Shown here: piece after piece, positions 1 through 11,600 of the stretch
Numbering within the stretch: the stretch's first letter is position 1
Layout: the number at the start of each line of letters is the position of its first letter
NCBI GenBank assembly: GCA_009103225.1
Contig: RHPI01002069.1
Span: 2,194,846 to 2,258,845, forward strand
Reading direction: 5' to 3'
Source: Chlorokybus atmophyticus
Taxonomy: Eukaryota > Plantae > Mesostigma and Chlorokybus algae
Length of the DNA: 64,000 nt
Translations under genes and position numbers: made by a program
The notes under the pieces: generated by a model
Databases searched by the model: none
What the model was told of the DNA's origin: nothing
Seen by the model: only the letters and a program-made list of their open reading frames with translations

Positions 1-897
1 AAGGCTGGCATCGTGACCACGCTGTCAACACGTACAACTGTCATCGCAGCCACCAACTTCAGTCGCAACAGCGACGATGCACTCTCACTGTCCGGTCCAT
101 TACTCAGTCGCTTTGACCTCGTACTACCTGTCCGAGACAAGAATGACTCTGACTGGGATCGCTCTGTGAGCTCAAGTGTTCTCTCAAACAGGTGCTCGCT
201 GGTTTGATGATACAAAACGCTTGTTGTGCATGTTGTTTGGGACTGATGTTAATGTTGCAGCCATGGAGGAGGGAGCAACAGTGCCGGCAATCTGCCGCAT
301 TGGCCGCTCAACATCCTGCGTAGATACCTGTCCTATGTCCGATCAGAGCTTCATCCGGTCCTCACCGAGAAGGCAGAATGCGTGTTGGCACAATACTACC
401 AGCTACAGCGACGCGCGCAAGGACGCAATGCTGCGCACACAACTGTGAGGTTACTTGAGGGGTTAATACGACTGACTCAGGTGTGCGCACTTTTGGTAAC
501 ACATCTCTCACTGGCACATTGGCATGCAAGATGGTTAGTAATCCACGGATCTGTGCAGGCACATGCCAGGCTGATGTTTCGCAAGTATGCAGTCCAACAA
601 GATGCTGTTTTTGCCGTATTGTGTGTCGATGTTTCCCTGAAGAGCGATCCAATGCTGCAAGCCCACACAGAGGTAACGCGCATCAAGTGGCACTGTACTC
701 ATAGATGTGGGTGTGGGTGTGGCTGTGGGTTTGGGTGTCCTTGCGCATGCTCACTAATGAACTCCACTCAGGCGCTGCTGTCTGACGACGCTGAAGTAAG
801 TGACATTGATGACATTTACGAGCAGCACGAACCTCAGATTTTGCAGCAGCTCGGTCTGTCTGTGGAAGGCGAAGACTATCAAAGCCCTTCTTCATAG
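1..897 (+). CDS. MCM9: MCM9 helicase, 3' part of a spliced gene running in from the window edge
   Basis: Exon translations TTLSTRTTVIAATN...SLSGPLLSRFDLVL..D.ND.DWDR and TTVRLLEGLIRLTQ/AHARLMFR match the MCM9 AAA+ C-terminal region. GT-AG introns (e.g. donor after 480, acceptor before 559); stop TAG at 895-897. Confidence 0.9.
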
Positions 898-1299
898 CAG
901 TTATCATGACCCAAGTTGCCATGCCTGCAGCTGTGTGGCCAGCAAGCTGTGTGCACAATGCTGCAACCGACCTCAGGAAGCAGCATAGCTGCAGGCAGGG
1001 AGGCCTGAACCTGCCACTTGCAGAGCCAAACACGTTCTTGTTCAGGGTCTCCCGACACCTGACAATAGCATGCAACCGCGTGCTGCATACATCTTGACAT
1101 TCTGACATGCCATCATGTGGGTTATCTACCCTGATAATCTAAAGGTATGTGTTGTCCCAAGTATATATCCAGCTAGCAGGGACTCTGCAAAGCATCTCAT
1201 TCAGCAAATACAACAGTTCGATTGAGGGCTGCGCGTCTGAAACATTTTGCAAGAAGAATAGAAGCAATGCTGCTGTTGTCGTACTCGGCGTCCAGTTGA

Positions 1300-2669
1300 T
1301 TACTGACAGCGGCTCTCCAGCCCAAGAGCTTTCAGTGCCGCTTCGGCCGTCTCATCGGGTGAGCTGTTGATGTCAACAGATACGGCATTTTCCTCCTCAG
1401 TCACACCCTCCAGCGCCGCAAATTGCGAGTGCAGCAGCGATGCAGGCATGAAATGCCCGTGCCTACTCGCAATCCGCTGCTGTATCAACTCTTCTGAACC
1501 CTGCCAAGGCTCATCAGATACCCGTGACTAGGGTTGGTAAGAGTGCAGCACGAATGTCAGTTGGCAATGCACACGCAGTTGTTGCAATTACCCTGCCAGT
1601 TGGCAACAAATCATGTACCGACCGTATACCCTGCCGTCTTCCAGACAACATGCATACATATTGTAAGTGTGTGGTAACAGTCAAACGAACCTGCAGATGG
1701 ACAAAACGCAACGATGGCCCAATGGTCTCAGAAAGGAACCGTCTATAGCTGCGCTTAAGCGCCGAACATGATGCTACGGCACCCCTGTCACAGTGGACAT
1801 GTCATGTCTCCAACAACATGAGAAACAGAGTACCGAATGCTTACAATTCTTGTTGCTTGACAGCATCCGCAAGGGTGTGCAGCCATGGCCACCTGTCCTC
1901 GTCGGTCAGCGGCTCACCTCTTGCCATTTTCTCTGCCTTGGAGACAAAACACACAGAGTGCAGGAGAAGTTTACCTCAACACCAGCACGTGGCTTGCTCA
2001 GGCAATCAAGCGAAGTGTCTTGACCAATGCACAACTCAATCACCAATAGACCTTTGTTGTGTGGTGGATGAAAATCATCGCCCTCCAGGAAGGGGATATC
2101 CAACCGCCGCGCCAGGATGGTACCGACGGTGCTGATGACACAGAGAACAAGTGCCGAAAAGTTGTACGTGATGCATGGTGACGTGTGCAAGTACAAATGA
2201 CAGCAACATGAACATAACTGTATGTGAGCAGACTCAATTAAAAAGTTTGCAAACGAGTTCAACTGCTCAGATGGGTTAGTTGATAGGTGCGTACCCAACA
2301 AGTTACCGACCGAGGTAGTCAATAGTGTGTAGAACAACTCGTGTGTATACAAGCAGACCTCAGAAACAGAATGAGCTGATTACTTGTCAGTTGCATGGAT
2401 TGGCACACATATTGTATGCTGCACTCAACAGCACAGCAGCTTTAAGCAGTACAGCTCAATACAGTATAGTGCAGTACAGCAAGCAGAACCTCGGGTTTCA
2501 AGCAGCCAGGCAAGGCAAGAGAGGGGTGTCACAGACACGGCACATGTTCGCATGCATGTAGTATGCATATAGGTCCACGCACGCACGTTTTGCCTGACGC
2601 GGACACGCCCATGACGACAATGTCCAGGTGGCTGGCACTGCCGCCGCCCAGCGGCCGCTCCACGCTCAT
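1300..2669 (-). CDS. IDNK: Gluconokinase (GntK/IdnK family), multi-exon
   Basis: ATG at 2669: MSVERPLGG...IVVMGVSASGKT. Later exons read TVGTILARRLDIPFLEGDDFHPPHNK, EKMARGEPLTDEDRWPWL and RIASRHGHFMPASLLHSQFAALE; stop at 1300-1302. Confidence 0.92.
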
Positions 2670-4328
2670 GTGGACAAAGCGGGTGCTCTGCACCAACACT
2701 GGAAGTTTAAAGCAGTCTCTTATTTACGAGCAACATCGTTTGCATGCAAGGAGAAATTTTCTCCGAGAAATGCTACCCGCCTGTCGCTGTCGCTGAACAA
2801 CTGCGCAACACTGCCTACGGGACAGCCACCGTGCTTGATTGCCGGTCGACCTTCTCACTCCGATGGTGATGGCCATGGTTGATGGTCGCCCGCTCTGCAC
2901 TGATGATTTTTCTGCCGGCGGGATCCCGGCGGTGAGGAATGTGCTGCCATATAAGCACACCGTCGAGCCTCGTCTACGTCTAGCGGATAACAAGTGGTAG
3001 CCAAGCATAAAAAGAATACCGTCAGAGCCCCCCTTTCATCACAGCCCCCCACCCAATCAATGAGGGGGGGTATTTTATTAGAGGGGGGCTTCTATTGATC
3101 GAGGGGGCGCGCGACGTCAAAGACGCCGTTTCGCGTTCGCCATCGCCTAGGCGGTAAAAGATGATGATAGTTTGCTTCTTCGTATTCGGCAACTGCGTTT
3201 TCAACGATGTCATTGCCTGATTTATGTAGTTGAATTGACGCACCGCATCGTAACGGCGCTGCTATGTTTAATGTCTGGTATCAAATCAATAATAAACCGA
3301 CTTCAGTTTACCGATTTCACAAGGGACCTCAATCTCGTTCGATGGAGTGCTCATTGAACACGGTCTCTTCAAATGTTTTTGGGCCATAGTGGAGGACATA
3401 GTTACACAAATGAAAATGACAGGGGTTTGGACGGTGACGATTGAACATGTGCTCATCGAGTAATCTTATATTTTTGATCTAGCGCTTAAGTATTGCATGA
3501 GCTATTCCCCGTGTATATGCATATGCGGCCGTATTTATCATATTACATGATGTTAAGTACAGCAAACAATTTAATACCGCGGTAAGTTGCCGCCTGAAGT
3601 GGCACCTTGTGCTCTCATTGACAATTATACAAGCAATTGCATACTATGAAGATGCGCTTTGGATGGCCGAGTTCTGGTTGCAGATGTCATTGACGCTTTG
3701 GGCTGATAGTCGCTGCTCAGCCAAACCCGCGCAACCCGCCAGTTGCGGGTGCCATGCCTAATGGGCCTTTGTCATGGGGATGCGTGATGATGTAACCAAC
3801 CGAACAGCCGCACCATTAATTATTAAAAATTATGGTAACATGTCTATAAATATATATATATGTCTTACGGCTAAGCACATGTTGAAGTATACTTTGATAT
3901 CGTGCGTAGATCCCTTATTTGTTTTAAGCAGTAGAGCTATGCTTTTCGTGTTACGAAGTAGTACGAGTGCATGCCATCAGGGATTACAGCAACATTTTTC
4001 AACTGATCAAGTTCCGTTGGTGATGCATAATACGTTTGATGCATACGCTTACCGCTAAAATAAGTATCAAACCATATATGGTGCGGATGTCCGCACCATA
4101 GGGCAATAGCGTGCGGTGGAAGCCCGCGAACCAGGGTTAAACCTGGCGTATCATTGCGAGAAATAACCATGCTCCCGATTCCCTCGATTGTCACCACCGA
4201 TTTAGCGCTGACCGCGCCATACTTGGTTTGATAACAGTTAATGCTGAATATTGTTCACCGAGAAGGTTTAAAAGCACCATAAAAAACGAACTGACATCAA
4301 AACCGCGCGCGAGGTTACCTACCTTTAT

Positions 4329-4400
4329 TGTTCCCGCCCGGACTCGAACCCAGGCATACGGCATACAAGTTATGCGCCATGCCGGCTGCATCTTGTGGTC
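4329..4400 (-). pseudogene. Degenerate tRNA-derived sequence (B-box and tRNA-like 3' end)
   Basis: Minus strand ends ...CCTGGGTTCGAGTCCGGGCGGGAACA, a T-arm/B-box plus a tRNA-Val-like 3' acceptor strand. The 5' strand does not pair with it, so this is not a functional tRNA. Confidence 0.45.
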
Positions 4401-4456
4401 ACTTATGTCGCAACTAGGGAATGAGGTTTAATGCAGAGTTTATATCGCAATCAGGC

Positions 4457-4614
4457 CGCACCTTTTGCCTCGCTGAGCCGTTGAGCAAAAGGTGCGACCT
4501 AACCGCTGCCAATTGACCGAGGCTGATTGTTGATTAATTGGAGCAAAAGGTGCGCGACTCCATAGCCGCCAACTGACTGAGGCTAATTCTCGGTCAGTTG
4601 GAGCAAAAGGTGCG
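4457..4614. repeat. Short motif array GAGCAAAAGGTGCG x3 plus one inverted copy
   Basis: Exact copies at 4483, 4541 and 4601 (spacing 58 and 60 bp); inverted CGCACCTTTTGC at 4457-4468. Confidence 0.8.
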
Positions 4615-4616
4615 CA

Positions 4617-5175
4617 TGTAACAGTCGAGGCCAAGTTTCATGATTTTATGACCTTTTTTGGCCCATGTATCGAGCACCACGTTTTCATGACTTATGACGG
4701 ATATATGCGAGTTGTGAGTCTGCCGCAGATATCGACCAGAGCCCAGGACTAGTCCCGATAGATGCCAGAAAACGGAGGGCCTGTCCAGAAGGGCTTGACC
4801 AAATTTCTGGAAGGGCCTGGCTCCAAATAGTATAATCTTTTTATACGGGCACCAAATGAGGAGATCTTTTGTGCGTAGGAAAGGCGGAGGTCTAGAAGTG
4901 TACTTCAAGATTCTGCAAGATTATTTTAGCTTTTGGTTCCGTCTAGCGCTATAATCATCTAAATAGTAGCATGTGCAGATCGGTAGGGATAAAAAGACAT
5001 TTCACTATGTGCAAAACAATCTTTAGCTCTTTTAATTTTTTGGTGCAAGCCTGGTGATGGTTAGTAGAGGTTGCTAGTGTGTGTCCACTTGTGTGTGCTT
5101 GCTTGTGTGACGATCCAAGGCGCTACACGTCGGAGTGTAGCTTCGAGCGCATACGCGTGCTTACGCAAATGGTAG
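4617..5175 (+). mobile_element. Diverged, 3'-truncated LTR of chromovirus family 1
   Basis: Starts TGTAACAGTCGAGGCCAAG like the LTR at 38019 and the reverse complement of the LTR end at 11984. Similarity continues to about 5170 and is then lost; no TSD found. Confidence 0.85.
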
Positions 5176-5682
5176 GGCCGTCGCAAATGTTACACGGTGA
5201 CAGATCAAGGACTGAGGGGCTGACGGGTGCTTGAGCTTGTCTGAGCCTGCCTGCCGCTGCCTGAAATGTTATTTTTTGGCTGTTGGGTTTGCCGTTGGCT
5301 TATGTGGGACTAACGCAGACGGCCGCGGGCAAAAAGTTGTTGTCAGTGGCACTGACCGGCCGAGAGTCGTCAACCAGCTACCCTTTGGTCAATGTACACA
5401 GACGGCCGTTAGCCGGTAGTTACGGACAGCTGACAGCAATAGCCGGCAGTTTCCTTGCTGTTACACTGCTGTTAATATATGACCCTTACCGTTTCACGAA
5501 ACTTAGCAATTCTTGCCGTAAGCCAACACTAACATGCCATGCAGCTTGTACAAACCTTGGACTGATTGTTTGGTCTTGCAGCTATACGCCCACAATATAA
5601 ACAAAGTACTGGCATTGGTGAGAGTATGTCCACTTGCAACTGAGCAGCCGACTTGCGCATAAAATTATCAACAACATTGAAT

Positions 5683-8600
5683 CTAGCTGTTGCACTCATG
5701 CGCAGCTTGTCGCCCTGTGGTGCCTGCCTCAAACTCCTCCTCAACCCCCTCCTCATGTTCCTCCTCTGACAAGTCTTCTGCTTCAACATCGGAGTCATCT
5801 TCATCTGCTGCCTCGCTCGCTGACAATACAGCGGCTATTTCGTCCTTCAGCTTGAATGTCAGCACCTCGCCGTGCACGCGCATGCGCTTAATGGTCGCTT
5901 TGAGAGTGACCACCTGCATTTGGTATTGCTATAAGTGTGACGGTGCTCGTGCCTTGTCACCTGTGAGTTGGTCCAATCCACAACCCTCTCACCAAGACAC
6001 GGTATTCACACCGGAACCTTGCCCCCTCTGCCAAGCACACACGCGCGCCCCGCCACTCGCGTACGCACGCACATGCGCTCGAAGCTACACACCGACTCGT
6101 GTAGCGCCTTGGATCGTCACACAAGCAAGCACACACCAGTGGACACACGCTAGCAACCTATGCTAACCACCACCAAGCTTGCACACCAGAAACTAGGGAG
6201 CTAAAGGTTCTATTGCAAGTTGTAGAATGTCACTTTTATACCTACCAGTCTGCACATGCTACTGTCTAGACGATTCTAGCGCTAGACGGAACTAGAAGCT
6301 AAGATATTCTTGCAGAATCTTGTAGTACACTTCTAGACCTTTCCAACGCACCAAAGATCTCCTAATTTGCTGCTCATATGGTCAAGTTATACTACTTGGC
6401 GCCAGGCCCTTCCAGAAATCTGGTCGAGCCCTTCTCGACTGGCCCTCCGTTTTCTGGCACCTTCCGGACTGGTCTTGGGGCCCCGGTCGATATCCGCGGC
6501 AGACTCATAACTCGCCGATATCCGCCACAAGTCATTAAAAACATGTACCTTACAAATAAGGCCTAAAACGGCCATGAAAATCACAGAATTTGGCCTTGAC
6601 TGTTACACTCCTCCCCCCCCAGGTGAGCTTCGTCCTCGAAGCTCGCGAGGTTGTCGTCGAGCAAGATAGGCACGCACAACGTCTTGAGCATTAGTCAAGT
6701 GTGCCTCTGGCTCCCAGGATGCTTCATGCAACGGATAGCCCTTCCATTTCACTAAGAACTTGCGTACGCCATGCACAAACTTCTCACCAAGGATGTCTTC
6801 TACCTCCCACTCGGGTTCACCGTCCGTGCCAACTTCGGGGGGTGGCCTTTCTGGCGGTTGTCCTCGATATGCTTTCAGAAGGGAGACGTGAAAAACGGGG
6901 TGCACACGCATGGTGTCGGGTAGCTCCAACTTGTACGCCACGTCCGAGATAACTTTGCTGACCTTAAATGGTCCCAACCAGCGTTCATTCAGCTTGCGAA
7001 CTCCCGTACGCACCTGGACGTGCTTCGCGGAGAGTAACACAATGTCGCCTTCCTGAAACGTGAGGTGTCGGCGATGCGCGTCCGCGTACTGCTTCTGCCG
7101 ATTTTGTGCCACCAATAACGCATCCCTAGCTGCCTTGTTAATGTCCGCGCACTTTGTAAGGAAGTCATTAGCTGCCTCCACACGCACGTCATGTCGTCGC
7201 GGTGTCCATGCCGTCAACGGTGTCAATGGATGTTGCCCGTAGTTCATAAGGAAGGGAGTGACACCTGTGCTTGCATTGTGGTGGTTGTTGATCGCAAACT
7301 CAACCAACTCAAGCAGCTCCTCCCAATTGTCTTGTCGCGCGTTAACGTAGCAACGCAGCATGTCCTCGATCACACGGTTGGCCCGCTCCGTTTGCCCATC
7401 AGTTTGCGGGTGGAATGCCGTGCTAAACTTCAGTGTGGTACCCAGTGCACTATGCAGCGCCTCCCAAAACTTACTTGTAAAGCGCGGGTCGCGATCACTC
7501 ACAATGCTTCGTGGTAATCCATGAGAACGAAATACATGCTTCACGAACAAGCGTGCTGCCTCCGGTGCCGTGCAAGACTCACTACACGGTGCCAAGCGTA
7601 CCATTTTGCTGGTTTTATCGACGAACACAAGTATAGCGTCGTACCCTTCTTTTGTCTTTGGTAGCCCCGTGATAAAGTCCATGGTAACTTGCTCCCACTT
7701 GGACAATGGCACAGGGAGAGGTTGCAGCAACCCACCTGGCTTTTGGTTGCTTGCCTTCACCCTTTGGCATGCGTCGCACAACGCCACGTAGTCGCGCACA
7801 TCGCGATGCATCTCTCGCCAGTAAAAACGCTGTTTTAAGCTTGCCAAAGTCCTTTCCAACCCTTGGTGACCAGCAATGGGCACGTCATGAGCTTCCTTCA
7901 GCAACTTCACACGGATATGCGCGACGTTGGGGATGTACAAGCGCCCATGGTGCCACAGCAGCCCGTCGCGCATTGACCAGTGCCCACTTGTGTCCGTAGC
8001 TGTATTTTCCAGCTCTTGCAACACTTTCATACCCTCCGTGTCTTCACGAAGCACTTGCCGAATCTGGTCGGTCCACTCGGGCTGCACTTGAGCGAGTGCC
8101 TCAATTGCATTAAGCCGGCTCAGCGCGTCAGCAACACCATTTGACGTACCGGGCTTGTACTTGATATCGAAGTCAAAAAGTTGAAAGAACTCAAGCCATC
8201 GAGCTTGTCTGCGACTCAGATGAGGTTGTGTTTGTAAGTACCTCAGTGGAGAGTGATCCGTCTCAAGCACGAACTTTTTGCCTTCCAGAAAACAACGCCA
8301 TTGTCGTAGCGCCATGACTTGCGCTAAAAGTTCCTTCTCGTGCACGGGGTAATTCAGCTCCGCACCACTCATCTTCTTGCTGAAGAATGCTACTGGTTGA
8401 AGGCCGTTGCCATGGTCTTGCTGCAAAACAGCTCCTACGGCTGTGTCGGACGCGTCGCAAGCCAAAATAAATGTCTTTTCCATGTTGGGGTGAGCCAGGA
8501 CTGGTGCCTCCGTCAGCGCCTTCTTCAACGCAGCAAATGCATGTTCCTCTGTTGCTGACCAGCTCCAATGCTTTCCCTTCTTGAGTAGGGTAGTCAAGGG

Positions 8601-11600
8601 AGCAGCTATGCGCGAAAACCCCATGATAAACTTGCGATAATACCCCGCAAGGCCTAAAAAGGACATCACCTCCTTTACGTTGGTCGGGGCAGCCCACTCG
8701 CGCACCACCTGCACTTTGTTGGGGTCCGGCTTGATGCCTTCATGCGACACGATGTGGCCTAGGTACTCCACCTCTCGAAGCAAGAATTTGCACTTTTGTA
8801 GCTGGGCGTACAACTTGTGTTCGCGCAAACGCTGCAACACGCGCCGTAGAAGTGCCACGTGCTCCTCCTTTGTTGTCGCGTACACCAAAATGTCGTCGAG
8901 GTACACGAGGACTCCCTTACCAATCAAGTCAGCAAAAACGCTGTTCATAAGCGTTTGAAATGTTGCCGGTGCGTTCGTAAGTCCGAAGGACATGACCAAC
9001 CACTCGTAGTGCCCATAACGTGTGTTAAAAGCTGTTTTCTCCACATCCTCGGGCGCGATGCGAATTTGGTGATAACCTCCAGCAAGATCAAGTGTTGTGA
9101 AGTACTGCGCACCTTGCAATTGCTCCAGCAACTCGTCGATACGTGGGAGTGGAAAGCAATTCCTCTTCGTGATGTTGTTGAGAGCTCGGTAGTCGACGCA
9201 CATGCGCAAGCTCCCGTTCTTCTTTCGTACAAACAAAATAGGTGCACCATAGGGGGACTTACTAGGCCTGATGTAGCCTCTTTTCAGCAAGTCCGCCACC
9301 TGCCTCTCGGCCTCTTCCAGTTCCAAAGGTGACAACTTGTATACGGGTCGATACGGTGGCTTGTGCACGCCCTCAATCAGCTCCACACGGTGGTCTACGC
9401 TCCGTGGAGGTGGTAGACCAGATGGAAGTCCGTCCACCATGATATCTTGGTATTCTTTAACAAGTTTACACACCTCGGGGTCCATAGTAGCCGTCTGAAC
9501 ATCGTCACTCAGCTCCGGTGCTGACTTTGCAGTGTTTTCGCGCACCACGCACAACCATGCAGCCTTTGCCTTCCGTGGAGACAATAACTTCCTCAATTGC
9601 ACATAAGAGATCTGGGCAATTGTCGTACCACCTAATTGTGCGTGCCGCGCCTCGATGACGTCCGATGCAGCTTGAATGGACTCTCCACCGTTTCGCTCGA
9701 TGGTGAGCACGCGCTTCCTCCAATTGATGGCTGGATTATGTTGCCATAGCCACGGTAGTCCCAAAATCCCATCAAACCCGTTCCGTAGGGTGATGCAGCA
9801 AAATCGCATGCTCTCCTTCATCTTCCCAATGCGAACGCACAACTCTTTGGTCATAAACGCAGCGCCATCACCTCCAGAGGGTGGCTCTCCATCAGCGAGC
9901 TTCACTTCACCTCCTCGTAATGACGAAAGCCAACCGTAACGCCGCGCAATATCAATACTCATAAAGTTGCTGTTGGCACCGCTATCAATCATGAGCTTAC
10001 ACTCTCTCCATCGTCCTTGGTCATCGCAAATGTGTGCTCGAAGCCCGAAGTACTTTGTTGTCTCCTCGTTTGCATAACTCACCACCATTGGCGCGTTCAA
10101 AGCCATCTCTTCTTGCTTCTTTAATGGAAATGTCACAGCATCCGTCCGTGCATGAGGCTCCTTCCTATCCCCAGCAGTAGCCTCCTCACCTACTGGGGGA
10201 AGTCGTTTTCCTGCTCCACGCCATTTTGCTCCATGGTGTTGACGCGACGATCACGGCGAGGGTTGCCATCCGGTGTTGGCCTTTGCGTGCTTCGTTTGGG
10301 GCATCCGTACGCCAAATGCTCCGTCGACCCACACGCATAACACTTGCGCACACCTTTACCTCTTTCACCACGTCCGCCGTGCTTCGCCTCACTTCCATGC
10401 GTGTGTATGGCACCCACCTCCATTGGTGCAGGCCCAGAGTCAGCTCCACCTCCATTGGCAAGTGCTGAACTTGGTTCTCCTCGTCTCCATGCATGTTGAA
10501 AGCCTCCCCGGGGCTGATCACCATGCCTTTGCCTCCAGTCAGTGTTTCTTGTGGTGGACTTGAAGTACAACGCGTCGAGACGCTCCGCGATGCGTATAGC
10601 CTCCGCGAGTGTCTTCGGGTCCCGTAGCTCCACTTCTTTACGCCCCAAAGGTTTTAAACCACGTGTATACCTGTCCAACTGCTCCTCCTCGGTCATATTG
10701 GGTATGGACATCACCAATCGCTGAAACGCGGCCGTGTACGCCATCACCGACCCCATTTGCACAAGGGCTGCAAGTTTGTCGCGTGCGGCCTTCACGCTCT
10801 CAACGGGAACAAATTGATGCCTGACCTCCAGTGCCAACTCTTCCATGGTGGTCAATGGTAGCGCCAACCCGTTTGCAACACGCGTACATCGATGCCTCCA
10901 CCACACAAGTGCTGCACCTTCAAGCAATGTCGCTGCAACCTCCACGTGCAGATGCATGGGCACCTCCGTGAGCTTCAACCAAGACGATACTTGAAAAATC
11001 CATTCATCCATTGCATCTCCATCACGTTGACCCCTGAATGGCTTGGGCTTTGGCACCTTCACATGCACGCGCGAGCTTGATGCCATGGGGATTTGTACAT
11101 GCGCCATCGCATGCTCATACGCCTCGCGTTGTGCTTGTGCCGCCGCTTGAGTGTGATGAAGCTCTTCCCTCAGTGCCAAGATGGCAGCTTGAAGCTCTTC
11201 CATGCGAGCATCCTCCATCTCCACTAACACACTACACTCCGCTTCCGAATGAAAAGTGTAAACGCCCAAACACTTCCTCTCTCACCTTCGTAAACCGTGC
11301 TCCGATACCAGTTGTGACGGTGCTCGTGCCTTGTCACCTGTGAGTTGGTCCAATCCACAACCCTCTCACCAAGACACGGTATTCACACCGGAACCTTGCC
11401 CCCTCTGCCAAGCACACACGCGCGCCCCGCCACTCGCGTACGCACGCACATGCGCTCGAAGCTACACACCGACTCGTGTAGCGCCTTGGATCGTCACACA
11501 AGCAAGCACACACCAGTGGACACACGCTAGCAACCTATGCTAACCACCACCAAGCTTGCACACCAGAAACTAGGGAGCTAAAGGTTCTATTGCAAGTTGT

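Noticed and set aside
5957-6584. Identical short ORFs at 5957-6584 and 11331-11961
   Set aside because: They are chance ORFs inside the duplicated LTRs, with no coding motifs.
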